From sequence record LR756501.1: a stretch of 64,000 nucleotides of DNA; one strand, given 5' to 3'. Both the position numbers and the translations under genes were made by a program. This document shows, in pieces, positions 44,865-55,904 of this stretch; position 1 is the stretch's first letter, and every line of letters starts with the position of its first letter. The notes below the pieces were generated by a model. That model saw nothing but the letters and a program-made list of their open reading frames with translations. It was not told the origin of the DNA and did no database searches.

Positions 44865-45974
44865 TTACATAAATTCTCTTTTATCTACACTCTTATAGAA
44901 ATTATCAACTGTATAATATTTTTTATATGTTTCTATAACATTATCTAGTGTTATATCGTGAATATTGTTTTCTATAGCCCAAGTTTCTGGTTTTATATAA
45001 GTTTCAACATTGATATGTCTATTTATATCGACAGTATCTATTTTATTTATTATTGAATTTTTAACCTGATCAAATTTAGATTTTGTTAAAAAACTTAAAT
45101 CAGATAATGTGTCGTCTAGAGTCACCATGAGTTTATTCACTTTATCGTCATCTGTTTCAGTTGATATTATATTAATGCCCGAATAATCACTAAGTCTATC
45201 TATTGTACATCTTATATAATAAGCTAGGCCGGCTTTTTTTCTTATATTCTTATAGAGTGGTGAATTTATACCGTTCGATAATAAATAATTTATAAAGAAT
45301 ACAGTGTCCCAGTTATCTTCTATTATAGGTGATAAGTATATTATTGAAGATTTATTTAAAAGACTCTTATATTTATCTATATCTTTATTAGAATTATTAA
45401 CATAACTATAATGATAATCGTTTCTAAAATCGTTGAACTTAATATCAGATACGAAAGGATTATTTTTCGACACATTAATTATCTTGGATGGCTTACTATA
45501 ATGATTGTTAAAGTATTGTTCACATTCTTCCAAAGTTATTCTCTCTATATCTTTCTTTTTCCCTATTGAATTATAAGAGTTCAGTTTCTTTCTGTATAAA
45601 TTTAAAAGATGTGAAGGACTTTGCATATTGAATATAGATGTGTATTCCTCCAGTAGTACAGTTTTTTCTAACTGAAATTCTTTTTGATTAATATTTATAT
45701 GTGATAATCTACCTAAGAATTCATTTTTGTATTTTGTAACATATTTATCTAGACCACTCAAATAGAATACTATATTAGTCGGTGATGTATATGCGTTCCA
45801 AGCTAATCCTGAATTTTGGAACTCCTCTACCAAAGTATCATCGAAATTATGACTCATTAAATGTTCTATTAAATGAGAGATGCCGTAGGTTCCTTCTTTT
45901 TCGTTAATAACAGTTCGGTTGTAAACTACATAGAATCCAGAAAGTTCCGTCTGGCTTTCAATATTTAGAATCAT
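44865..45974 (-). CDS. M16 (insulinase) family zinc peptidase
   Basis: GISHLIEHLM (HxxEH), NAYTS, EKTVLLEE, LYKNIRKKAGLAY. Confidence 0.85.
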   Translation of the reverse strand: MILNIESQTELSGFYVVYNRTVINEKEGTYGISHLIEHLMSHNFDDTLVEEFQNSGLAWNAYTSPTNIVFYLSGLDKYVTKYKNEFLGRLSHININQKEFQLEKTVLLEEYTSIFNMQSPSHLLNLYRKKLNSYNSIGKKKDIERITLEECEQYFNNHYSKPSKIINVSKNNPFVSDIKFNDFRNDYHYSYVNNSNKDIDKYKSLLNKSSIIYLSPIIEDNWDTVFFINYLLSNGINSPLYKNIRKKAGLAYYIRCTIDRLSDYSGINIISTETDDDKVNKLMVTLDDTLSDLSFLTKSKFDQVKNSIINKIDTVDINRHINVETYIKPETWAIENNIHDITLDNVIETYKKYYTVDNFYKSVDKREFM

Positions 45975-46071
45975 TACATAATTTCTTTTTTCACTGTTAT
46001 ATATTTATTTTTAGGATTGACTTTTTGATAAAAGTTTTTTTATATATAGAACAAAAACCTAAATTTCTTAA

Positions 46072-46215
46072 ATGAAAGATACTTGGAATCAAGAGTTTTT
46101 CTGGTCATTGGAGTCAAATACTTGGATCAAAAAAGAGAGAGCATTAATACTAGACTCAGACGGCACAACCGTTCTAACAACTATAAGCGGAACAACTTCT
46201 GGTACAACCTCTTAA
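46072..46215 (+). CDS. Small hypothetical protein (47 aa, not in ORF track)
   Basis: MKDTWNQEFFWSLESNTWIKKER...SGTTS*; follows the TTTATATATA motif and leads the structural operon. Confidence 0.5.
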   Translation: MKDTWNQEFFWSLESNTWIKKERALILDSDGTTVLTTISGTTSGTTS

Positions 46216-46232
46216 AAAAGATAATCACGTGA

Positions 46233-49200
46233 ATGAAAGTTTTTAATATAAACGACACCTATTTCAAATACCAAAAATGTCTTTCAGGTATAACATATCA
46301 ATTTGTTAATCAACTAGATAATATCTACGATAAAAATCTGATGGTTGGTACTAATTATTGTATATACTGTATGTATAATGAATTTGATATTATTAACAAT
46401 TTCATGATAAACCTTTACCAGGTTGACGTTTGTAGTACAATCAATTTAGATTTAACTAAAAGATATTACGATATAGATGGTGCTTATTTGAGAACAGGAC
46501 ACAGAGTATTACTTGTTAATCAAACAGATCCGATTGAGAATGATGTTTATAATGTAGATTCTAGAGGTTTCCTTATTCTTTCAGACGAATTAGCAACAAC
46601 AGGTAAAACATGGAGATATAAAGCTTATGTTAAGTTAGGCGGTAATAAAGGTAAACAATTTCATCTTAAAAATTCAGGTAACAGATTCCCACTTAAAGGT
46701 GAAAGAAAATACTTCTTGGACGGACACGGTTATATTGTTAAAAGTCTTTTTAATTACGACTTATTTGATACTGGTCCAATATACCCAAAACTGATTTTTA
46801 CTGATTACGAATTAGCAAGAATATCAGTTAATAAGAACTACGAATTATACGACAGTTTTCAATTTGAAACTGGCACAACTGTTGATATTCAATATCACGG
46901 TGGTAATTATTTGATAAATATTGATAACGTAGAAAGTAATTACACTTATAATGGAATAGTATCAGGCACTACAATTTATAATTTTAATAATTTCCCATTA
47001 GACGGATTTGGATATGAAACACATATAGAGGCTGGTGCAACTTTTTGTAGCAACGCTAGTGTTTACGATTACGTTAAATTAGAAATATCAGGCAATACTA
47101 ACCTAACGTTGAAGACTTTTATCAAGAGCACAGGAACCACAGAAATTGTTATATCTGACTATATACCAGATAACGTTTTAAATGATTATTATACAGGTGG
47201 CACATCAACATACACACTTACTAATTTAATGTTCGCTACAACAGGAACAACAAAAGACGTTGTTTTGGAGTCATTCTACGCAAAATATTTTGATATAGAC
47301 TCTTCTGATTTCTTATATCCTATACCAAATCCAAATAACATGTATTTTGATTACGACGGACTCAAATTCGTTATCAACTCAAATCTAAAAATATTTAATA
47401 CAAATAACCATTATATTAAATACCAATTATACGAACATCTAAACGAAATCAATTCATATTTGTTCAATTCAGGATATTCGTTTTTAATTAGTTATCCAAT
47501 GAACGCAGCCGAATTTTCAACAGAATATTACGACGGTAGAAATTTAACATCTTGGAACCCAATAGTATATCCAGATACTTATGGTGATACTAAAGGTACT
47601 CTTATTAAAATAAAGCCTTATACTCCTAGTACTGTGAACTATTTTAAAAATCATACTTACGTTAATATAACTAACAGTACTGGTAAATATAAGACTTTGA
47701 TTGTTGATTTAGTTTCAGATGATTATTTTGTAATAGAAACTTATAAATCTAACTCTGGTTTAACTATATCAGGAATAGAAACTATATACAATTTGAAAGA
47801 AATATCAGATATATTATATGACGTTTATATCAATGATGAAACACCAACAAATACTGATTATTTTAGAGTTCGCGACGAAGATATGAAAAGAAATATTTGT
47901 AATGGGTACGCTGACTTTATAAGTCAAGATATTGGTGTGATTAGTAACGTTACAGCTTTCTTAATGCAAGACGAACAACATAAATTCATTTTGAAAATTT
48001 ACGATCCAGAAAATTACGCAAATGGAGGTGTACCTAGAAAACCTGTTGTTGTTACAAAATTAAATGAAACTCACACTAGTACATCTGCAACGTTGCCTGG
48101 TGAAATAACAAGTGACGGTGGTACAAATATAACAGGTAGAGGTATATGTTGGTCAGCCTCACCTTTTGTGCAAAATACGTGTGTAATGGCTTCAACTTAT
48201 ACTAGTGGCGTTGGACCTTTTTCAAGTAATATTACGGGTCTAACACCAGAAACAACGTATTATTATAAGGCATACGCTACCAACGTTCAAGGAACTTCTT
48301 ACGGTGAACCTTATCCTTTTTTCACATCTACCGCTGTTTATACAGGGGCTACAGTAACTACAAATAGTGCTTCAGCGACATCTCATAAAATAACAGTTAA
48401 CGCTGATGTTATAGATAGAGGATATTGTTCAATATTAACAAGAGGAGTTGTTTATAAAACAGGAATATCTGGACCAACTATCGCTGATAATGTAGTAGTA
48501 TTTACACCAGAACCAGGTATTATTGGTCCTTACACTCTTGATTTAACTGGATTAACACATAATCAAATGTATTCTTATAACGCTTTCGCTGAAAATATTT
48601 GTGGGATAACATATGGTATCGGTGGTAACATATCAACTTTATATCCTTACGCACCAGTCTTAGATACAATAGGATGGAATAGTCCTACCACTTATAATAG
48701 CATAGACGTATTATGTAATCTAATAGATAACGACGGATCATTAACTGATCCTATTCACGGTGTAAACGAATTAGGAGTCGTGTGGTCAACTGATCCATAT
48801 AATGATCCAACAACAGGAAACACTGTTCAACCATTTGGTCCTTATCCTTACACTCTTGGCCCATATACTATTTATTTAACAGGATTAACATTTAACACAA
48901 CTTATTATTTCAGATCTTACGCTAAAAACACATTATATACTGGTCCTACTACGGCTTACGGTCCTGTAAAATCAGTAGCGACTTTACCTTTACCTGTTAC
49001 TCCAACGGTACAAATAAGTGGAGTATTATCTTACGGTACTTATTACGCTAATATATCTAATTTATTAGTATCAAATGGTAATTCACCGATAGTATCAGAA
49101 GGTTTGTATATTTCTACATCAAATCCTCCAACTATAAGTGATCCATTCTGGTCAGCAACAGGTACAACTAATTGGCACACGAATTTAACTGGATTAACTC

Positions 49201-50885
49201 CAATTACACAATATTATATAATGGCTGCTGCCACTAACTTATACGGTTTAACAGGTTATTCATCCGTATCTAATTTTACAACGTTACCAATTCAGACTTT
49301 ACCAACTGTAACTTTATCTTTCATATCATCTGGGTCTAGCACTGCAATATTAGGTGGTGTTATAACAAGTGACGGAAACGCCAGTATAACATCAAAAGGA
49401 GTATGTTATTCTACATCACCAACACCGACTTCACCAATTTGGTACGAAGGAACTGGATCTTCTTCGTGGACTTCAACAATTACTGGTCTAACAAACTTAA
49501 CTACATATTACGTTAGAGCTTACGCTACTAATTCTATTGGCACATCATATAGTGCTGACGTTCCATTTGTAACAGCTTCTGGTTATTCTAAACCTTCATT
49601 TAGTATAAGTAGTCCTGTAATAAGTAATATCGGAACTATTAGTGCGGATGTTACAAGTCAAATAGTAAGTGACGGTGGAGCATCAGTAACATCAAGGGGA
49701 CTTCAGTACTCTGGTACTACTATTCCTTCTTTATTAGATTGGTATGGTGGAACAGGAACTGGATCTTGGACTTCTACATTAACTGGATTAACTTTAGGTG
49801 GAAATTATTACGTGTTTGCTTACGCTACAAATAGTGAAGGAACAACTTATACTCCATCTGTTAATTTCTCTACATTATCTGCTGTTCTTCCTACTGTTGT
49901 TATAAATAATGTAGATGATGTTTCAATAAATGGTGCCACAATAAATAGTACAGTAACAAGTGATGGTTACGCTACTGTAACAGCAAGAGGTACAACTGGT
50001 AACACAATGGGATTATGGCCATACGCTACTGGTGGAGTTGGTTCTTTCTCTTTAATATTAACGGGGTTAACACAGGGCACTGCATATACGGGACAATCAT
50101 ACGCTACTAATTCTGTTGGAACGGGTTGGAGTAATAATATTTATTTTACTACTTTATATCTTAATGACGCTGCTCTTAAAATGTTTGTATCTTCTGTATC
50201 TAGCGTAGATCCTCTTGTTTACCAGATAGGCACATCCACAACAGATATAGTTACGACTATTGCAGTTTTACAAAATAATGTACCTACAAATGAATTGTGG
50301 AGTGGCAATACTACTTTCACGTGGGATTCAAGCACAGGTTTAACTTGGGGATTAGGAGTAATATCAGCAAATAACGCTTCTTCGCCATATACATATACAC
50401 CAACTATTGAAGAAACTCAAAATTTCGTAGCAATAGAAAGTTGTGGTACACCGTCTGAAATAAAAGAAATGATTGTATCAGTAAATGCCGTATATCCATT
50501 CTTAACATGTAATAGAAAACCAAATATTCCACCAATATTATCAGATAGAGATATGAGAACTTATTGTAATCTTGGTAATTTCTATCTTGGTACAATGCCA
50601 CCAAATAACGAACCAATGCTTAAAAAGGTTGAAACATATTCAGCTAGTAAAACGTATTCTTACACAATTGGAGCCACTACTAATTTAGTATATTTTGCTC
50701 ATCCAGCTAGTTATGGTATAATATCATCTATTAAGGCTAATGGAATAAATAAAATTCCAACAACTTATTTGAATGTGAGTATGGCATCAAGTGGATTAGT
50801 TAATAATTGGAATGTATTGTATAATGTATATGCTTTCCAAGTTGCTGCTGGATCAGGACCAATATACATAGTTTACGAATTTTAA
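46233..50885 (+). CDS. Large tail/adhesin structural protein with seven FN3-like repeats
   Basis: IDGAYLRTGHRVLLVNQTDPIENDVY tail-fibre-type motif; seven SDGG..IT.RG...TGLT..T.YY..AYATN repeats. Confidence 0.75.
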   Translation: MKVFNINDTYFKYQKCLSGITYQFVNQLDNIYDKNLMVGTNYCIYCMYNEFDIINNFMINLYQVDVCSTINLDLTKRYYDIDGAYLRTGHRVLLVNQTDPIENDVYNVDSRGFLILSDELATTGKTWRYKAYVKLGGNKGKQFHLKNSGNRFPLKGERKYFLDGHGYIVKSLFNYDLFDTGPIYPKLIFTDYELARISVNKNYELYDSFQFETGTTVDIQYHGGNYLINIDNVESNYTYNGIVSGTTIYNFNNFPLDGFGYETHIEAGATFCSNASVYDYVKLEISGNTNLTLKTFIKSTGTTEIVISDYIPDNVLNDYYTGGTSTYTLTNLMFATTGTTKDVVLESFYAKYFDIDSSDFLYPIPNPNNMYFDYDGLKFVINSNLKIFNTNNHYIKYQLYEHLNEINSYLFNSGYSFLISYPMNAAEFSTEYYDGRNLTSWNPIVYPDTYGDTKGTLIKIKPYTPSTVNYFKNHTYVNITNSTGKYKTLIVDLVSDDYFVIETYKSNSGLTISGIETIYNLKEISDILYDVYINDETPTNTDYFRVRDEDMKRNICNGYADFISQDIGVISNVTAFLMQDEQHKFILKIYDPENYANGGVPRKPVVVTKLNETHTSTSATLPGEITSDGGTNITGRGICWSASPFVQNTCVMASTYTSGVGPFSSNITGLTPETTYYYKAYATNVQGTSYGEPYPFFTSTAVYTGATVTTNSASATSHKITVNADVIDRGYCSILTRGVVYKTGISGPTIADNVVVFTPEPGIIGPYTLDLTGLTHNQMYSYNAFAENICGITYGIGGNISTLYPYAPVLDTIGWNSPTTYNSIDVLCNLIDNDGSLTDPIHGVNELGVVWSTDPYNDPTTGNTVQPFGPYPYTLGPYTIYLTGLTFNTTYYFRSYAKNTLYTGPTTAYGPVKSVATLPLPVTPTVQISGVLSYGTYYANISNLLVSNGNSPIVSEGLYISTSNPPTISDPFWSATGTTNWHTNLTGLTPITQYYIMAAATNLYGLTGYSSVSNFTTLPIQTLPTVTLSFISSGSSTAILGGVITSDGNASITSKGVCYSTSPTPTSPIWYEGTGSSSWTSTITGLTNLTTYYVRAYATNSIGTSYSADVPFVTASGYSKPSFSISSPVISNIGTISADVTSQIVSDGGASVTSRGLQYSGTTIPSLLDWYGGTGTGSWTSTLTGLTLGGNYYVFAYATNSEGTTYTPSVNFSTLSAVLPTVVINNVDDVSINGATINSTVTSDGYATVTARGTTGNTMGLWPYATGGVGSFSLILTGLTQGTAYTGQSYATNSVGTGWSNNIYFTTLYLNDAALKMFVSSVSSVDPLVYQIGTSTTDIVTTIAVLQNNVPTNELWSGNTTFTWDSSTGLTWGLGVISANNASSPYTYTPTIEETQNFVAIESCGTPSEIKEMIVSVNAVYPFLTCNRKPNIPPILSDRDMRTYCNLGNFYLGTMPPNNEPMLKKVETYSASKTYSYTIGATTNLVYFAHPASYGIISSIKANGINKIPTTYLNVSMASSGLVNNWNVLYNVYAFQVAAGSGPIYIVYEF

Positions 50886-50899
50886 AATAAAAATATAAA

Positions 50900-51577
50900 A
50901 TGGACCCAAAACTACAATTAAAACCAATAGAATTACTAGATATAGGAATAGACAAACTAACAAAAATACCTGTTCCTATATTAAACGATAATATGGTATC
51001 AACTTTTGATATGGATAATGGTGTGCCTAGTGATTCTTTTGTTTTAACATTTGACGCTAATTATAGTAATAAGATTTTTTCGTCAACTATCACATCAAGT
51101 TATCTTATGAATTTATCATTTGATTACGGTGACGGTGTAACTGAAAGTTGGCTTATTACAACTGGTGGTACATCAATCACTCATACCTACGCTAGTGCCA
51201 TCACATATACTATAACAGCAACTGGTTGGATAGAAAAAATAACCAGTTTAATGATATTACCAGCATCAGGAACAGGTGGATTAACAATCGCTTCAATTAG
51301 TAAAATAAAAACTTTATCGTATCTAAATTTAACAAATAATAGATTAACTAAATTAAGTTTAGACGGTTTAATCTATTTGAACACTATAACATTAACTGAT
51401 AATTATTTTCCAAATGATGTTATAGATGATTTATATATAGAGGCTGATACTTTTTTAACATTTAGTGGTAACATGAATACAACTGGGACAAATAACGGTA
51501 AACCATCTGTTTATTCACTGGCTTCTAGAAATAGTCTGACTGTAAATAAATGGTGGACATTAAGTTACAACACATAA
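50900..51577 (+). CDS. Putative structural protein with PKD-like and LRR-like segments
   Basis: FDYGDG...ITHTY; LSYLNLTNNRLTKLSLDGLIYLNTITLTDN. Confidence 0.6.
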   Translation: MDPKLQLKPIELLDIGIDKLTKIPVPILNDNMVSTFDMDNGVPSDSFVLTFDANYSNKIFSSTITSSYLMNLSFDYGDGVTESWLITTGGTSITHTYASAITYTITATGWIEKITSLMILPASGTGGLTIASISKIKTLSYLNLTNNRLTKLSLDGLIYLNTITLTDNYFPNDVIDDLYIEADTFLTFSGNMNTTGTNNGKPSVYSLASRNSLTVNKWWTLSYNT

Positions 51578-51591
51578 AATAAGATATAAAA

Positions 51592-53679
51592 ATGGCTTTT
51601 AAAGTTGAGATAGTAAATATAAATGAAAACGCTGATAATATCATATTAGTCAGTGGTTTAACTATTGAAAGATTAAAAATCAGATATAATTGGGTATTAA
51701 ATGCCAGTGTTAAAGATTGTATCATAGGTGAGGACGATTATGGATTAGTATGGTACTCGGGTGAGTGGGTATGTGGTGAATGGATTGACGGAACTTGGTA
51801 TTCTGGTATATGGCACGATGGTATATGGAATAATGGTAAATGGTATTCTTATTTGATAGATAAAGCTATGGTTGTATCTAATAGATTTGTTATACTTGAT
51901 AAGAATGAAACATATTCCGAATTTAGAAGTGGTTTATGGAAACAAGGAGATTTTTACGACGGAATATTTGGTTACGATAGAGATATATCTAATAAATCTT
52001 ATAGTGATTTAACAGGAAAAACATTTTCCAGTTCTTACTGGGAAGACGGTAAATTTCACGACGGAATTTTCACTAACTCTGTTTGGTATAATGGTATATT
52101 ATATTACGGTAATATGATTAATTCTTATTGGTTAAATGGTAAATTTTACTCTGGAACTTTCAATCATCATCAATGGTACGATGGAATATGGTACGGTGGT
52201 GATTTCGTTGAGGGTAAATGGATATATGGCACTTTTGATAGAATTAATTCTAGTATAAATAGTAGATTCGGCACAGCTAATTTAGAATTATCTAGAACAG
52301 AGTGGATTAATGGTAATTTTTATAACGGTGAATTTCACTCTGGTTTAAATATAGACGCTAGCGGAAATACTATACCAAGTATAGATAGTAATAAAACTCA
52401 TTGGTTGAATGGCAATTTCTACGGTGGTAAATGGTACGGTGGTCATTTTCATAATGGGAAATTTTATACTGGTAATTGGTACGGCGGAGTATTCAATACT
52501 GATACTGGTACTACAAACGCTTCAGCTTGTATATGGTACGATGGTAATTGGTACAACGGATTATGGATAAATGGTATATTTTACGACGGTCATTTTTACG
52601 ACGGAATGTGGATGGACGGACAATTTGTAAACGGTTACATGTCGACGAATACTGTTGAAAATCCGTTATTACAACAAATATTAGCTACTAATGTCGTCGC
52701 ACCAACTGTTATAACAAACAGTGCGACTACAATAACAACCACTAGTGCGATAGGTAATGGTAGAGTAACGAACAATGGGGGTGCTACTATACTTGATAGA
52801 GGTATATGTTGGTGTTTATATCCTGCCTATCCAGTAACTGGAAACACCGGTAGTAATCACAGTATAAGTGACGGTGGATCCATGGGTAATATAAGTATAT
52901 TGATGAATAGTTTATCAGTAGGTACAATATATAATATTAAAGCTTACGCTAGAAACATAACAGGTTTAACATACGGAAATAATATTACGTTCACAACTGA
53001 GACTTCAACAAATGACGTTCCGTCAGTGATCACTAATTATATTACTGATATAATAGATGTTAGTGCTAAAGCTGTCGGGTTTGTGACTAACAATAACGGG
53101 AGCAATGTTACAGCATGTGGTTTTTATTATTCACTTAATCCAAATCCAGGACCAACCGATTTTGATCAACCGGCTACTCCTCCAACTTTACCAGGTATAG
53201 GCGAATTTAGTGCCACTTTATCTTCATTATCACCTAATACTCCTTATTATGTTAAGGCTTATGCTACTAATAGTAGTGGCACTAAAATAGGAAACGAATT
53301 ACTATTTACTACACAAATTACAAGTCCTGTTGTAGCACCAACTGTCGAAATATATTACGTAGATACATTGGCTGATACAAGTGCAATAACCTACGGATCT
53401 GTTACTTTTAATGGTAACGCTATAATAACAGCTTTTGGTGCTTGTTGGTCAACATCACCAAATCCAACATTGTCTGACCCAAATACATCTGGTGTAGGAT
53501 CATCAGGTAGTTTCTCCACTCTTATGACTGGATTATTACCAAATACGACGTATTATGTAAGAACTTACGCTACAAATAGTTTAACAACTTCATATAGTAC
53601 AAACATTGTTTTAACATTTACAACCTTACCATTAAGAACTTTACCATCTGTAGATCTTCTTGGTGTTACAGCAGAATAA
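51592..53679 (+). CDS. Putative tail/adhesin protein with G-x-W/F pentapeptide repeats and three FN3-like repeats
   Basis: WYSGEWVCGEWIDGTWYSGIWHDGIW...; three FN3-type repeats plus the start of a fourth. Confidence 0.7.
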   Translation: MAFKVEIVNINENADNIILVSGLTIERLKIRYNWVLNASVKDCIIGEDDYGLVWYSGEWVCGEWIDGTWYSGIWHDGIWNNGKWYSYLIDKAMVVSNRFVILDKNETYSEFRSGLWKQGDFYDGIFGYDRDISNKSYSDLTGKTFSSSYWEDGKFHDGIFTNSVWYNGILYYGNMINSYWLNGKFYSGTFNHHQWYDGIWYGGDFVEGKWIYGTFDRINSSINSRFGTANLELSRTEWINGNFYNGEFHSGLNIDASGNTIPSIDSNKTHWLNGNFYGGKWYGGHFHNGKFYTGNWYGGVFNTDTGTTNASACIWYDGNWYNGLWINGIFYDGHFYDGMWMDGQFVNGYMSTNTVENPLLQQILATNVVAPTVITNSATTITTTSAIGNGRVTNNGGATILDRGICWCLYPAYPVTGNTGSNHSISDGGSMGNISILMNSLSVGTIYNIKAYARNITGLTYGNNITFTTETSTNDVPSVITNYITDIIDVSAKAVGFVTNNNGSNVTACGFYYSLNPNPGPTDFDQPATPPTLPGIGEFSATLSSLSPNTPYYVKAYATNSSGTKIGNELLFTTQITSPVVAPTVEIYYVDTLADTSAITYGSVTFNGNAIITAFGACWSTSPNPTLSDPNTSGVGSSGSFSTLMTGLLPNTTYYVRTYATNSLTTSYSTNIVLTFTTLPLRTLPSVDLLGVTAE

Positions 53680-53694
53680 AAAATAAATTAAAAA

Positions 53695-54780
53695 ATGGCA
53701 TTAAAAAATTTAGTATGTAAAGGTAAAATCACAAACACTGGATCTTTAGGAATAATAGATAAAGGTTTTTGTTACTCTACAACAACAACATATCCTACAT
53801 TAGCTGATTCTGTGTGGAGTGAACCATCACCGCTAGTTAATGATAATTTTAAGAGCATAATTACAGGTCTTACTCAAGCCACATATTACTATGTTAACGC
53901 ATATGCTATTAATTCAATGGGAGTATCATATTCAGCAGCAGACCAAACAATTTGGATAAAAACTTCTGGTATTGTTAATTTCCCAACAATATCAGTAAGT
54001 ATTACGAATAACGGAATACCTCAAACAGTTTACGAAATGGGAACGAGTTCAAATCTTGTAGTATCTGGGGAAACAATAAAATGGGACGAAACAATATTTA
54101 CAAATGGTTATTTAAATCAAATAAGCAGTCCTCCACCACCAGGAAATAACACTATTATGAACTGGACTGGTTATCAATCAACATATATAACTACACCAAA
54201 TTCTAATCCTCCTCCTACTAATATAACTGTGAATTTTTCACCGATAGCACTTGACCAAGGATCTTGGTTTATGAGACAAGAAGCTTATTATAATTGTGGA
54301 AACCCTCAATATACTATAAGTTCTACCACCACAATAGACGCTGTATTTCCTTTTTTATGGGTGTTGAAAAGTGGTTATCAAGCAAATCAATATTTTAACC
54401 CTACTATAATGATAGGTAATAATTATTTTTACTACGAAGCATCTTCCACCCCAAATCCAACGACACCTTTTAACGGTAAATTAATAGAAAAAATGGGAGA
54501 TAAAACTATATGGGTAACTCCAAATAATAATACTCACAAAGTTTTAGTTCTTGGTTATCCAGCGTCTTACGGAATTATTCAATATAGTGGGTCAACAACA
54601 GGCGGTTGGGTAAACGCTACACTTCAAAATCCACTCGTGAAATCCTCTACTAATGGTCAATTCGGAATAGTAACACCTTGGCCAACATGTTCTTACTACG
54701 TTTTACAATATCAATTCCCAAGTTATTCTAATGTACCTATTCCGTTCTATATTCATTTTCCACCTCCGGTGTTGGTATAA
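53695..54780 (+). CDS. Putative tail/adhesin protein (partial FN3 plus a C-terminal domain shared with 46233..50885)
   Basis: DKGFCYS...ITGLTQATYYYVNAYAIN; AVFPFL and YPASYGII match the 1550-aa protein tail. Confidence 0.65.
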   Translation: MALKNLVCKGKITNTGSLGIIDKGFCYSTTTTYPTLADSVWSEPSPLVNDNFKSIITGLTQATYYYVNAYAINSMGVSYSAADQTIWIKTSGIVNFPTISVSITNNGIPQTVYEMGTSSNLVVSGETIKWDETIFTNGYLNQISSPPPPGNNTIMNWTGYQSTYITTPNSNPPPTNITVNFSPIALDQGSWFMRQEAYYNCGNPQYTISSTTTIDAVFPFLWVLKSGYQANQYFNPTIMIGNNYFYYEASSTPNPTTPFNGKLIEKMGDKTIWVTPNNNTHKVLVLGYPASYGIIQYSGSTTGGWVNATLQNPLVKSSTNGQFGIVTPWPTCSYYVLQYQFPSYSNVPIPFYIHFPPPVLV

Positions 54781-54843
54781 AAATATTTAAATTATTTGAA
54801 AAAAAAAATTTATATATAACGAAAAATTACTAACTTTGCTAAA

Positions 54844-55887
54844 ATGAACAATTACGTATTAAAGTTTAATGGATATATGAAAAAAGAATCTAATGAAGTT
54901 CAAGAAGCTACTGAATGGCCTTTGTACATATCTGATGAATTAGAGAAAATCTTAAAAAGAATCATATCTAATCCTATAGCAAAAAAATTAGTAGATTGTG
55001 GTAGATCCGGATTAAGTGGCAAGAAAGTAGTTAGTGACGTGTCTTTCCTTGATGTAGAAGGAGATAGTAAAAGTGTATCTTATTTTCCTATTACAAGAAT
55101 GGGGAAACTAGAAAAAGATATATCTCCCACATATAGACCAGAAAAAGATGATTCCATTTGGAGTTCGAGGTTGAGACAAAATATGACCTGGGGGAAAATG
55201 ATTAATAAATTATTTCCTGGTGAATTTACAAACATGGACATAGATAATTTCTATAATAGGTTTCGTCCAGAAATTGATGTGAAACAAAAAGAACAAGAAA
55301 GATTTAAAGTTGTTCGCGGCGAAGATATTAGATATTGGTACCTTGCAGATCATTGGGACGGATCTTTCAACTCTTGTATGCAAGGTTCTGGATCACAACC
55401 ATTTTTCGATATTTATTGTAACAATCCAGAGAAATGTGGAATGTTAATTTATTTTAGTGAAAGAAACCCTGATAAAATTATAGGTAGAGCACTTGTTTGG
55501 AACAATTTATTAAAACCAAGTGGCGATACCGCCGAGGATAAAAATCCATATACTTTATTAGATAGGGTTTATTTTCTTAATAATCAAGGTCCTCAAATAG
55601 AGGCAGCTTTTCATAAATACGCTATAGACCATAAATGGTTATACAAAAAAGGTGATTCATTTATGATGGACGGTGTAAGAAAAACAACATCTGTTGCAAC
55701 ACGTTTGAAACCAATAGATTATACTTATTATCCATATGTAGATACTATGGCTTATTATACACCAGCAACGGGTAGGGCAGCGTCAACACCAGGTAATCCT
55801 GGTAGAGATCCAAACAATCCAGCGAGAACTTTTCCTCGTTACAGTTTAAAAAATCAAAATGGTACTAAGTCACCAGTAGATAGATAA
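54844..55887 (+). CDS. Paralog 1 of a four-gene SCM/GRAL-W/DRxY/YPY-DT family
   Basis: GEDIRYWY, NSCM, FDIYCNNPEKC, GRALVW, DRVY, YPYVDT. Confidence 0.75.
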   Translation: MNNYVLKFNGYMKKESNEVQEATEWPLYISDELEKILKRIISNPIAKKLVDCGRSGLSGKKVVSDVSFLDVEGDSKSVSYFPITRMGKLEKDISPTYRPEKDDSIWSSRLRQNMTWGKMINKLFPGEFTNMDIDNFYNRFRPEIDVKQKEQERFKVVRGEDIRYWYLADHWDGSFNSCMQGSGSQPFFDIYCNNPEKCGMLIYFSERNPDKIIGRALVWNNLLKPSGDTAEDKNPYTLLDRVYFLNNQGPQIEAAFHKYAIDHKWLYKKGDSFMMDGVRKTTSVATRLKPIDYTYYPYVDTMAYYTPATGRAASTPGNPGRDPNNPARTFPRYSLKNQNGTKSPVDR

Positions 55888-55904
55888 AAAATAAAAATTA
55901 AGAT

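Noticed and set aside
46233-54780. Diversity-generating retroelement acting on the adhesins
   Set aside because: No reverse transcriptase and no near-identical template/variable repeat pair differing at adenines were seen
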